From positions 9,744 to 73,743 of the forward strand of contig JAWODG010000152.1 of NCBI GenBank assembly GCA_046483385.1: a stretch of DNA of 64,000 nucleotides, given 5' to 3'. This DNA is from Candidatus Brocadiia bacterium (GTDB lineage Bacteria; Planctomycetota; Brocadiia; SM23-32). Every line of letters starts with the position of its first letter. Position 1 is the first letter of the stretch. The position numbers were made by a program, and so were the translations under genes. A model generated the notes under the pieces. The model worked only from the letters and a program-made list of their open reading frames with translations, made no database searches and was not told where the DNA came from. Of this stretch, positions 8,092-16,751 are shown piece by piece.

Positions 8092-9885
8092 ATGAAAAAA
8101 CTGGTGGCCGCGTTCCTGATCCTTGCTCTGTCGACCGCAAACGCCCTGGGCCAACCGGCGTGGGACAAAGTGCCCGAGGACGTGACGGCCGCCGTCGAAG
8201 TGCGGGACATGCACAGTCTGGGCCCGCGTCTGCAGCAGGCCGTCATGCGGATAAGCCCGATGTTCATGATTCCGCCGCCCGGGCCAACGGTCACTTCGCA
8301 GGCGTTGAAGACCCACAACTACGTCAGCGTGGACCTGGAGGCGCCCTTCCGCATCATCGTGCTGGCGCCGCCCCTCCATGAGACGCCGGTCACCCTCTAC
8401 AGGGTCAACGACCCGGCTCTCTACATCGACAGCCTGTTCCAGAACATAGAACAGGAGAAGGTCGAGGACGGCATACACCATCTGCGAGAGCAGAGGGAGT
8501 CATACGACCCCACCATGGACTCGCCGGGCGAGGGCCGGCCGCTCTACATCGGGTTCGCCGGGCAGACGGCGGCGATGGGCCGGAAGCTGGAGGCCGTGCG
8601 CACGGCGGTAACCATGCTCAAGGAAGGCAACCTGCCGGCCGAGCCCCTGTTCGAGGCGGACGCCGGGGCTATGGTACGGCTGGGAAAGTTGATGCAAAGG
8701 CTGGAAGAGACCGGACAGGACCCTTTCGCGGGCTTTCGAGCGGCCATGGCGCAGATGCCGCTCCAGAACCCCCGGCAACGGGCCGCCATGGAGACCAACA
8801 TCCGGATGGTCGAAGCTTTCGTTGACCAGACCGAGGCCCTGTCCGCGGAGTGCGTGCTACAGGAGTCAGCATTGGTGAGCACCTTCGCTTTGAAACCCGT
8901 GGCCGGCGGCGGCATCGAACGGTTTCTGGCTGAGATACCAGGGGGCAACCCGGGCCTGATGAAACACCTGCCCGGCGGCGCTATCGTGGCCTTTGATATG
9001 CGCATGGGCGGAATGGAGGTTTTCATGGACTGGATGCTCGACCAGTGGCGGGCCAACCTGGGCGAGGAGGCCGAGGGCAACGAGCCGCTCCAGCGGATGG
9101 TCGACGCGATGGAGAGCTGGGCGAGCGTGCAGGCGGGCGGGTTCGCCGTTGCCCTCTACGGAGAGCGGGGCGCGCCCGTGACCGCCGCGGAGGTGTTCGC
9201 GGTGGACGACCCCGAGAAGGCTCAGGCCGCCATCGACAACGTCATGGGGAGCATGGATGCTCTGGCCGAGATGGGAGCCCAGCCGGGCTTCCGGTTCTCG
9301 ACGGAGGAGATTCCGGACGTGCCCTCCCACGGCGGGCGGGACATCTCCGGCTGGCGGATGCACTACCAGTTCGAGGCGGCCGCCGGCCTGCCGCCCAACG
9401 TGGTCCAGATGCAGCGGGCATCCATTGAAACCATGTGGGGCGGCGAACCAACCACCTACACGGCCTCGGCCGACAACCGTCTGCTGCTGACGATGGGCGG
9501 CGAAGCTCTGGAGCGTCTGAAGACAATGATAGACGGTCCTTCCGAACCCCTTTCCGAATCGGGCGTCCTGGCCGAGGCACTCGCCGACATGCCCGACGGG
9601 GCCGTGGCGGAAGGATTCATCGTGCCGGGTCGGTTCGCGGACTGGTACGTGGGCGTGATGGACTCGATGATGCAGCCGATGGGCTTCCCTCTGCCCCTCG
9701 CCAACATGCGGTTCGCGCCGGGTCCGCCCGTCGGCTTCGCCGTTTACGTGGACGAGGCCCACGTGGTCCGCAACCGGGTGCGCCTGCCGTTCGGCTCTCT
9801 CACCGTTCTGGTGCAGGGCGTCATGACGGGCATGCAGCAGCCGCAGACTCGGCCGGCACCTTCCGAACAGGGACCGACCGAATAG
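8092..9885 (+). CDS. Secreted hypothetical protein, Met-rich
   Basis: 597-aa ORF with the signal peptide MKKLVAAFLILALSTANALG. I see no catalytic motif. Several Met-rich stretches occur (MFMIPPPG, MRMGGMEVFMDWML, VMDSMMQPMGFP, VMTGMQQPQ). Confidence 0.65.
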   Translation: MKKLVAAFLILALSTANALGQPAWDKVPEDVTAAVEVRDMHSLGPRLQQAVMRISPMFMIPPPGPTVTSQALKTHNYVSVDLEAPFRIIVLAPPLHETPVTLYRVNDPALYIDSLFQNIEQEKVEDGIHHLREQRESYDPTMDSPGEGRPLYIGFAGQTAAMGRKLEAVRTAVTMLKEGNLPAEPLFEADAGAMVRLGKLMQRLEETGQDPFAGFRAAMAQMPLQNPRQRAAMETNIRMVEAFVDQTEALSAECVLQESALVSTFALKPVAGGGIERFLAEIPGGNPGLMKHLPGGAIVAFDMRMGGMEVFMDWMLDQWRANLGEEAEGNEPLQRMVDAMESWASVQAGGFAVALYGERGAPVTAAEVFAVDDPEKAQAAIDNVMGSMDALAEMGAQPGFRFSTEEIPDVPSHGGRDISGWRMHYQFEAAAGLPPNVVQMQRASIETMWGGEPTTYTASADNRLLLTMGGEALERLKTMIDGPSEPLSESGVLAEALADMPDGAVAEGFIVPGRFADWYVGVMDSMMQPMGFPLPLANMRFAPGPPVGFAVYVDEAHVVRNRVRLPFGSLTVLVQGVMTGMQQPQTRPAPSEQGPTE

Positions 9886-9914
9886 ACGGCCAAAGCGTCG
9901 CCGTGGGCGTCCCG

Positions 9915-9934
9915 CCGACCCGGGTCCGGGTCGG
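9915..9934. terminator. GC-rich palindromic hairpin between convergent genes (possible bidirectional terminator)
   Basis: CCGACCCGG-GT-CCGGGTCGG is a perfect 9-bp inverted repeat. No U-tract follows it on either strand. Confidence 0.3.
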
Positions 9935-10000
9935 ACGGCCCTACCCGCCCGCCGAAGCGGTCAACTATGACCCACAACCGGGGGCCGGCCCTGCTCGCCC

Positions 10001-10180
10001 CTACACCTCGCGCGAGCGCAGCGCGTCCACCAGCTCTTCCACCCGCTGGGCCAGATTCTCGTGGGCACGCATCAAGCGCCACGCGGCCACGAGGAAGATT
10101 ATCCAGCCGACGACGACCCCGCCCATCATGACCAGCCAGACGAGCAGAAAAACAACCCCTCCCGCCATCTCTCCACGCAT
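10001..10180 (-). CDS. Small membrane protein (hypothetical, 59 aa)
   Basis: This ORF is below the track cut-off and was read by hand: MRGEMAGGVVFLLVWLVMMGGVVVGWIIFLVAAWRLMRAHENLAQRVEELVDALRSREV. It has one TM helix plus an amphipathic tail, and a strong G/C preference at third codon positions. Confidence 0.35.
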   Translation of the reverse strand: MRGEMAGGVVFLLVWLVMMGGVVVGWIIFLVAAWRLMRAHENLAQRVEELVDALRSREV

Positions 10181-10296
10181 GAGTCCCTCCCGGGAAAGAG
10201 TAGTGCTTCATGTGATGCCGCGGACGCTGCCCGTGAAGCGCGGCCACCGCCCAGCACGGTGCGGAAATACGGACCCGCCCGTCAAGGCGCGTATAT

Positions 10297-10325
10297 TTGC
10301 AAACAAGTTGCGTTTTCGGTAATAT
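10297..10325 (+). promoter_or_regulatory. Sigma70-like promoter of the znu operon with an overlapping imperfect palindrome (possible Zur operator)
   Basis: TTGCAA-N17-TAATAT lies in an AT-rich island. The imperfect inverted repeat GCAAAC-AA-GTTGC (10299-10311) overlaps the -35 element and spacer. Confidence 0.5.
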
Positions 10326-10400
10326 CCGGGGCTATGCGGTGAGCGTCCGGTTGACCGGACGCGCGGGGCACCATTGACTCGCCACACAGGAGACGTCCAG

Positions 10401-11372
10401 ATGCGAATGCGGGCGCGGGTGCAAACGACTGTTCTGGCCGGAGCGCTGCTGTGTCTGCTGCTGGTGGCGGGCTGCGGCGGTGAAGAAACGGGCGGCACCG
10501 GCGCGCCCGAGCGGGCGGCCGAGGTGCGGGCCTTCGTCAGCATCCCGCCCCAGGCGCAGTTCGTCGAACGGGTGGGGGGCGACCACGTGCAGGTGGGCAT
10601 CCTGGTGAAGCCCGGTCACAGCCCGCACACCTACGAACCGACGCCCCGCCAGATGACGGAACTGGCGGAAGCGGGCGTGTACTTCCTCATCGGCGTGCCC
10701 TTCGAGGACATCCTGAAGGAACGCATCCGCAGCGCCAACCCGGACATGGCGATGGTGGACACCGGGCGCGGCATCGAACTGCGGGAGATGGAGACGCACC
10801 ACACCCATGGCAAAGCGGAGGAGCACGAACACGAGGAGCAAGAACACGAGGAGCACAAACACGGGGAGCACGATGATCACGAAGGCCGCAAGGACCCCCA
10901 CGTCTGGCTGGACCCCGCCAACGTGGGCGTGATGGCGGGGCACATAGCGGAGGCGCTCGTCGAGCAGGACCCCGAGCACGAGGCCGACTACAGGGCCAAC
11001 CTGGAGGAGTTCCGGGCAGAGCTGGACCGCCTCGACGCGCGAATACGGGAAAGTCTGGAGGGCCTCGAGCAGCGGGAGATACTGGTCTTCCACCCGGCGT
11101 TCGGCTACTTCACCGACGCCTACGGGCTCGAACAGGTGCCCATCGAAATCGAGGGGAAGGAGCCGGGCGCGAAGGCGCTGTCCGAGCTTATCTCCTTTGC
11201 GAAGCAACGGGGGATAAAGGTCGTGTTCGTGCAGAAACAGTTCAGCAGCAAAACCGCGCAGGTCGTGGCGCGGGAAATCGACGGGCAGGTGGTGCCTCTC
11301 GACCCGCTGGCCCGCGACTACGTGGGCACGATGGAGGACATCGCCGAGGCATTCGCGGAGGCGCTGCGATGA
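10401..11372 (+). CDS. znuA: Zinc ABC transporter substrate-binding lipoprotein ZnuA
   Basis: ORF 10374..11372 trimmed to the ATG at 10401 (AGGAG lies 8 nt upstream). It has the lipobox LLLVAGC. A His/Glu-rich loop (HHTHGKAEEHEHEEQEHEEHKHGEHDDHEG) precedes DPHVWLDP, typical of ZnuA/TroA-family proteins. Confidence 0.85.
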   Translation: MRMRARVQTTVLAGALLCLLLVAGCGGEETGGTGAPERAAEVRAFVSIPPQAQFVERVGGDHVQVGILVKPGHSPHTYEPTPRQMTELAEAGVYFLIGVPFEDILKERIRSANPDMAMVDTGRGIELREMETHHTHGKAEEHEHEEQEHEEHKHGEHDDHEGRKDPHVWLDPANVGVMAGHIAEALVEQDPEHEADYRANLEEFRAELDRLDARIRESLEGLEQREILVFHPAFGYFTDAYGLEQVPIEIEGKEPGAKALSELISFAKQRGIKVVFVQKQFSSKTAQVVAREIDGQVVPLDPLARDYVGTMEDIAEAFAEALR

Positions 11373-12124
11373 GTGACGAGACGCCGGCCGTCGCGTTGCG
11401 CGATGTGAGCTTCAGCTATGACGGGGCGCTCGTGCTGGAGCGTGTGTCACTGGAGGTGCCGGAGGGGGACTTCCTGGGCATCATCGGCCCCAACGGGGGC
11501 GGCAAAACGACGCTCCTGCGGCTTGTGCTGGGGCTGAACCGACCGAACTCCGGGGAGGTGCGCGTCTTCGGGCGGCCCCCTCAGCAGGTGCGCCGGCAGA
11601 TGGGATACGTGCCCCAGAAACCGAACCTCGACCCCGACTTCCCCATCTCCGTGGAGGAGGTCGTGCTGATGGGACGGCTGGGACAGTCCCGCCTGGTGTG
11701 GCGTTACCGGGCGGAAGACCGCGAGGCGGCCCGGCAGGCGATGGAGGATGTCGAGATACAGCCCCTCCGCAAGCAGCTTTTCGGCAAACTTTCGGGGGGC
11801 CAGCAGCGCCGCGCCCTCATCGCCCGCGCCCTGGCCACCCGTCCGCGACTGCTGCTGCTGGACGAGCCCACCGTCGGGGTGGATCACCGCGTCGAGCACG
11901 AGATCTACTCCCTGCTGGACCGGCTGAACGAACAGATGACCATCGTGCTGGTCTCCCACGACGTCGGCTGCGTCACCGAGCACGTCAACCGCCTGGCCTG
12001 CGTGCACCAGCGCGTGTTCTGCCACGAAGCGGACGAGATTACCGGCGAGGTCATCGAGGCCATATATCGCGGCCCGGCGGAGATGACCCGCCACCACCCC
12101 GAGGAGCAGGAAGGGGGCGACTGA
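11369..12124 (+). CDS. znuC: Zinc ABC transporter ATP-binding protein ZnuC
   Basis: Walker A GPNGGGKTTLL, signature LSGGQQRR and Walker B LLLLDEP are present. An ATGA overlap joins it to znuA. Confidence 0.85.
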   Translation: MSDETPAVALRDVSFSYDGALVLERVSLEVPEGDFLGIIGPNGGGKTTLLRLVLGLNRPNSGEVRVFGRPPQQVRRQMGYVPQKPNLDPDFPISVEEVVLMGRLGQSRLVWRYRAEDREAARQAMEDVEIQPLRKQLFGKLSGGQQRRALIARALATRPRLLLLDEPTVGVDHRVEHEIYSLLDRLNEQMTIVLVSHDVGCVTEHVNRLACVHQRVFCHEADEITGEVIEAIYRGPAEMTRHHPEEQEGGD

Positions 12125-12979
12125 GTGGCTGGATTCCTCCACGCGTTGCAGACCCAGACCTTCATGCAGAACGCGGTCATCGTGGGCCTGCTGGCCAGCG
12201 CCGCCTGCGCCATGGTGGGCACCTACGTGGTGGTCAAGCGCATCACCTTCATCAGCGGGGGCATAGCGCACGCGGTCCTGGGCGGCATGGGTGTGGCCTA
12301 TTTCCTCAATCGGGACCCGCTGGCCGGGGCGCTGGTGGCCTCCATCGTGGCCGCCCTCATCATCGGAATAGTCAGCCTGCGCGCCCGTCAGCGGGAGGAC
12401 ACCATCATCGGCGCCCTCTGGGCGGTGGGCATGGCCGTCGGCATCGTGTTCATGCACAAGACCGAGGGATACCAGGTGGACCTGATGAACTACCTGTTCG
12501 GCAACATCCTGTTGGTCACGCGCGGCGATGTCTTTCTGACCCTGGCCCTGGACGTCGGCATTCTGGGGGCGGTGCTGCTGTTCTACAAAAGGTTCCTGGG
12601 CATCTGCTTCGACGAGGAGTTCACCCGCATTCAGGGGGTGCAGGTGGACGTATTCTACCTGCTGCTCCTCTGCCTCATTGCGCTGACGGTCGTCATCCTG
12701 GTGCAGGTGGTGGGCATAATACTGGTGATAGCGCTGCTGACACTGCCCGCCGCGACCGCAGGACATTACGGCCGCAGCCTCAAGCAGATGATGGTCATCG
12801 CGCTGGTGGTGGGGGCGGCGTGCACCACCGGCGGGCTGGCCCTCTCCTATCCCTACGACCTGCCGTCGGGGGCCACCATTGTGCTGATTGCCGGGGGCGT
12901 TTACTTGGCCTCGACGGTGCTGAACGGGGTTCTGCGCCGGGGGGCGAGCGCCGCCGGGAAGGCGCGTGAGCGGGAATGA
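12125..12979 (+). CDS. znuB: Zinc ABC transporter permease ZnuB (ABC-3 family)
   Basis: 284-aa polytopic protein with a GTG start immediately after the znuC stop. ABC-3-like segments are present (VVKRITFISGGIAHAVLGG, LLTLPAATA). Confidence 0.8.
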   Translation: MAGFLHALQTQTFMQNAVIVGLLASAACAMVGTYVVVKRITFISGGIAHAVLGGMGVAYFLNRDPLAGALVASIVAALIIGIVSLRARQREDTIIGALWAVGMAVGIVFMHKTEGYQVDLMNYLFGNILLVTRGDVFLTLALDVGILGAVLLFYKRFLGICFDEEFTRIQGVQVDVFYLLLLCLIALTVVILVQVVGIILVIALLTLPAATAGHYGRSLKQMMVIALVVGAACTTGGLALSYPYDLPSGATIVLIAGGVYLASTVLNGVLRRGASAAGKARERE

Positions 12980-12995
12980 GGCGGTTCACGGTAAG

Positions 12996-13025
12996 TTGAA
13001 ACAGCCGTCTCAGCCGCCTTAGACT
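12996..13025 (+). promoter_or_regulatory. Sigma70-like promoter for the DUF389 gene
   Basis: TTGAAA-N18-TAGACT, about 40 nt upstream of the ATG at 13064. Confidence 0.4.
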
Positions 13026-13063
13026 ACCCGCAAGTTCCGGCAGGTTCCCCCGGGGAGAAACCG

Positions 13064-14128
13064 ATGGCGCTCCGCCTCATCGAGATGGTCTGTCCCGAGG
13101 AGAAGCGGGAAGAGGTCGAACAACTGGTCCGCGAGCACGAGCCCCAGGGGCTCTGGCACGACCGGTTGATGGACGACCAGGTCATCGTGAAAATCCTCAT
13201 GCCGGCCACACGCGCCGAGGCCCTGCTGGACCACCTGGAGAGCAACTACGGCGGCATGGAGGGCTTCCGCATCCTGCTGCTGCCCGTGCAGGCCGCCCTC
13301 CCCCGCCCCGAGGAACCGGAGGAGCCGGCCGGCGAGGCGCCGTTCCAGGAATCGCCCAAGCCCCTGCCCACCCGAATCAGCCGCCAGGAGCTGTACGCCG
13401 AAGTCTCCGCCTCCGCCGAATCCAGCCGGGTCTTCTACGTCATGATCGCCCTCTCCAGCGTGGTCGCGGCCATCGGTTTGTGGCGGGACAACGTGGCCGT
13501 CATCATTGGCGCCATGGTCATCGCCCCGCTGCTCGGCCCCAACATGGCCATGGCCTTCGCCACCACTCTGGGGGACGGCAAGCTGGGCCGCCGGGCCTTC
13601 AGGACCAGCGTCACGGGCATCGGGCTGGCACTCGCCCTGTCCGTGCTCATCGGCCTGATACTGAGTGTGAGCCCCGGCATCGCAGGGGTCGCGGCGCCGG
13701 AGATGGCGGACTCGGAACTGCTCATCCGCGCCCGGGTGTCGCTGGCGGACGTGGTGCTGGCCCTCTGCGCGGGCAGCGCGGGGGCGCTGGCGTTCACCAC
13801 GGGCATACCCACGGCCCTGGTCGGCGTCATGGTGGCCGTGGCGCTGCTGCCGCCGCTGGTAGCCCTCGGCCTGCTTACGGGCGCGGGGGAATGGGAGCTG
13901 GCGACGGGCGCTCTCCTGCTGTTCGTGACCAACGTCATCTGCGTGAACCTGGCCGGCGTGGCCACCTTCCTGGGCCACGGCATCCGGCCGCGGACCTGGT
14001 GGGAGACCGATAGGGCACGCAAGGCGTCCCGCGGCGCGCTGCTGGTCTGGATACTTCTGCTCGCGGCACTCGTGGCCGCCATTCTGCTGGCGCAGGGGCA
14101 CGTGGCCGAACCGTCCGGGGTGCCCTGA
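13064..14128 (+). CDS. TIGR00341/DUF389 family membrane protein
   Basis: A soluble N-terminal domain (MALRLIEMVCPEEKREEVEQLV..) is followed by a hydrophobic domain with VIGAMVIAPLLGP and repeated TM segments, as in DUF389 proteins. Confidence 0.72.
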   Translation: MALRLIEMVCPEEKREEVEQLVREHEPQGLWHDRLMDDQVIVKILMPATRAEALLDHLESNYGGMEGFRILLLPVQAALPRPEEPEEPAGEAPFQESPKPLPTRISRQELYAEVSASAESSRVFYVMIALSSVVAAIGLWRDNVAVIIGAMVIAPLLGPNMAMAFATTLGDGKLGRRAFRTSVTGIGLALALSVLIGLILSVSPGIAGVAAPEMADSELLIRARVSLADVVLALCAGSAGALAFTTGIPTALVGVMVAVALLPPLVALGLLTGAGEWELATGALLLFVTNVICVNLAGVATFLGHGIRPRTWWETDRARKASRGALLVWILLLAALVAAILLAQGHVAEPSGVP

Positions 14129-14157
14129 CGGATCCACCCCGCTAATCGGAGGGATTC

Positions 14158-14730
14158 ATGCCGATCGTCGTGCTCATCGTGGTCGGGCTCCTGGCGCTCT
14201 GGGGAATCGTCACCTACAACCGTCTGGTCCGGTGGCGCAACCGCACGCGCGAGGCGTGGAGCGGCATCGACGTGCAGCTCAAGCGGCGCTACGACCTCAT
14301 CCCACCCCTGGCGGAAGCGGTGCAGGAATACAGCGAACACGAGCGCGAGTTGATGCCGGAGATCGCGCGCCGCCGGGCGCAGGCCGTCGGCGCCGTGGGT
14401 CCGATTGAGCAGGCCGACGCCGAGAACGCCCTCTCCAGCGGCCTTCGGGCCGTCTTCGCCGTGGCGGAGGCATACCCCGACCTGAAGGCCAGCGAGAACT
14501 TCCTGGACCTGCAGCGCAACCTCACCGAGGTGGAGGACCAGATCCAGCTCGCCCGACGCTACTACAACGGGAGCGTCCGGCACTACAATAACCTTGTCCT
14601 GTCCTTCCCTTCGCTGCTGGTGGCACGGCTCGGCGGCTTCCGGCCGGCCGAGTTCTTCGAGATAGAGCTGGCCACCGAGCGAAGAGCACCGGAGGTGGAA
14701 ATGACCCCTGACCGGAGCAACGAGGAATGA
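14158..14730 (+). CDS. lemA: LemA family protein
   Basis: An N-terminal TM helix is followed by YNRLVRWRNRTREAWSGIDVQLKRRYDLIPPL and ENFLDLQRNLTEVEDQIQLARRYYN, which are typical LemA signatures. Confidence 0.85.
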   Translation: MPIVVLIVVGLLALWGIVTYNRLVRWRNRTREAWSGIDVQLKRRYDLIPPLAEAVQEYSEHERELMPEIARRRAQAVGAVGPIEQADAENALSSGLRAVFAVAEAYPDLKASENFLDLQRNLTEVEDQIQLARRYYNGSVRHYNNLVLSFPSLLVARLGGFRPAEFFEIELATERRAPEVEMTPDRSNEE

Positions 14731-16643
14731 GACTTTCAGCTCTGTTCGCCTTGCTGCTGTGCCTGGTGCCGGCGTCACCGGTTCGGGCCCGGACCGGCGA
14801 GGGCATCCTCGACTACCACAGTGACATCACCGTGCACGAGGACGCCTCGATGACCGTCCGGGAGACCATCCGCGTGCAGGCCGCCGGCGACAGGATAAAG
14901 CGTGGCATCTACCGGGACTTCCCCACCCGCTATCAAGACCGGACCGGCCGACGGCACGTGGTGGACTTCGACCTGCTGGGCGTGGAGCGCGACGGTCGGC
15001 CGGAGCCTCACCACACCGAGTCCCGCCCCAACGGTGTGCGCGTCTATATCGGGCAGAAGAACGTCTACCTCCGGCCGGGCGAATACACCTACACCCTGAC
15101 ATATCGAACCGACTGGCAGTTGGGGTTCTTCGATGACCACGACGAGCTTTACTGGAACGTTACCGGGACGGGGTGGGACTTTCCCATCCGGGAAGCCTCG
15201 GCGACGGTGCACCTGCCGGACGTGCCGCGCGAGGAGATAGGCCCGCTGAAGGCCTGGACCGGGCCCAAGGGCGCCGAGGGCGGGGCCTATGAAGCCGAGA
15301 CCGGCGAAGCGGGCGCCGTCCACTTCCGCACCACGACGCCGCTTGGGCGGGAAGAGGGACTCACCATCGCCGTCGCGTGGCCGAAGGGCTACGTGAATGA
15401 GCCCACCGAAGCCGAGAAATGGAAACACGACGTGCTGTCCAACCTCGGCCCGCTGGTCGGCCTGGTCGGGACCTTCCTCGTCGTCATCTACTACCTCATC
15501 GTGTGGTTCAACGTCGGCATCGACCCGGAGGCGGGCGTCATCGTGCCCCTCTACGAGCCGCCGCAGGACTGCTCACCCGCCGTGGCCCGGTTCGTCCGGG
15601 AGATGGGCTACGACAACCGGACCTTCGCGGCTGCCGTCATCAGCATGGCGGTCAAGGGATATCTGAGCATCGAAGAGGACGAGGACGGGACCTATACGCT
15701 CCGCCGCGGCGAGGCCCCGGCCGGCGTCCTCAGCAAAGAAGAGAAGAAGATAGCCGGCAAGCTGCTCGGACGCCGCGAGGAAGTCGTCATCGAGCAGGAC
15801 AACCACTCGCGCATCAGCAAAGCGATCAACGCCGCGAAGACGTCCCTGGGCCTGACCTGCGAGAAGAAGTACTTCCTGACCAACAAGCGCTATTTCATCC
15901 CCGGCGCGGTGATCTCCGTGGCGACCGTCCTGCTGATGGGCCTGTTCTACTCCCCGCTGGCAACCGCGTTCCTCGGGGCGTGGCTGAGCATCTGGAGCAT
16001 CGGCGTCTTCGCACTGCTCTCGGCTGCGGTGGCGGCGTGGCGTTCGGCCGTCCGGGGGCCACAACATATTACTTCCGGGGGCGGCGCCCTGTTCCTGACG
16101 CTGTTCTCCATCCCGTTCGTCGCCGGGGAGATATTCGGCATCTTCGCACTCAGCATGATGACCTCCGTTCTCGTGCCGGTGGTCATACTTCTCCTGGCCG
16201 GGATCAACCTTCTGTTCTACCACCTCATCAAGGCGCCGACTCTGATCGGACGACAACTGCTCGACAAAATCGAGGGCTTCCGCATGTTCCTGGCGGCCAC
16301 CGAAGGGGACAGCATGGCGGTGATGCACGGCCCGGAGCGGACGGTCGAGCTCTACGAGCGCTACCTGCCCTACGCGCTGGCGCTGGACGTGGAGCAGGAG
16401 TGGTCCGAGCAGTTCTCGGAGGTGCTGCGGAGGGCGTCGCAGTCGCCCAACGGCTACAGCCCGGTCTGGTATTCCGGTTCCTCGTGGAGTTCGGCCCGGG
16501 CGGGCGCGTTCGCGGGGGGACTGGCCGGCTCGTTCGGCAGCGCCATCGCGTCGTCGTCCACCGCCCCCGGCAGCAGCTCCGGCTTCAGCGGGGGCGGCTC
16601 CTCCGGCGGAGGCGGCGGCGGAGGAGGAGGGGGAGGCTGGTGA
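14727..16643 (+). CDS. DUF2207 domain-containing membrane protein
   Basis: An ATGA overlap joins it to lemA. It has a signal peptide, an N-terminal beta-rich domain, central TM helices and the characteristic Gly-rich tail (SSGFSGGGSSGGGGGGGGGGGW). Confidence 0.8.
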   Translation: MRLSALFALLLCLVPASPVRARTGEGILDYHSDITVHEDASMTVRETIRVQAAGDRIKRGIYRDFPTRYQDRTGRRHVVDFDLLGVERDGRPEPHHTESRPNGVRVYIGQKNVYLRPGEYTYTLTYRTDWQLGFFDDHDELYWNVTGTGWDFPIREASATVHLPDVPREEIGPLKAWTGPKGAEGGAYEAETGEAGAVHFRTTTPLGREEGLTIAVAWPKGYVNEPTEAEKWKHDVLSNLGPLVGLVGTFLVVIYYLIVWFNVGIDPEAGVIVPLYEPPQDCSPAVARFVREMGYDNRTFAAAVISMAVKGYLSIEEDEDGTYTLRRGEAPAGVLSKEEKKIAGKLLGRREEVVIEQDNHSRISKAINAAKTSLGLTCEKKYFLTNKRYFIPGAVISVATVLLMGLFYSPLATAFLGAWLSIWSIGVFALLSAAVAAWRSAVRGPQHITSGGGALFLTLFSIPFVAGEIFGIFALSMMTSVLVPVVILLLAGINLLFYHLIKAPTLIGRQLLDKIEGFRMFLAATEGDSMAVMHGPERTVELYERYLPYALALDVEQEWSEQFSEVLRRASQSPNGYSPVWYSGSSWSSARAGAFAGGLAGSFGSAIASSSTAPGSSSGFSGGGSSGGGGGGGGGGGW

Positions 16644-16665
16644 GCGGTTGAGGCTTCGACAGCGG

Positions 16666-16694
16666 TTGATGGTGTTGCGCCGCAAGTCTATAAT
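16666..16694 (+). promoter_or_regulatory. Sigma70-like promoter for the GH36-like gene
   Basis: TTGATG-N17-TATAAT, about 55 nt upstream of the ATG at 16752. Confidence 0.5.
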
Positions 16695-16751
16695 CCCCCC
16701 TCGTTCGCGCCACTTGCTCCGCCTTCACACGCCGTCCGCTCCGGGGGAACG

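Noticed and set aside
10795-10905. GAG/CAC-rich simple-sequence stretch
   Set aside because: It is in frame within znuA and encodes the His/Glu-rich metal-binding loop typical of ZnuA. It is not a non-coding microsatellite.
16585-16640. GGC/GGA poly-glycine-coding run
   Set aside because: It is the characteristic Gly-rich C-terminal tail of DUF2207 proteins. It is in frame and ends at the stop at 16641-16643.
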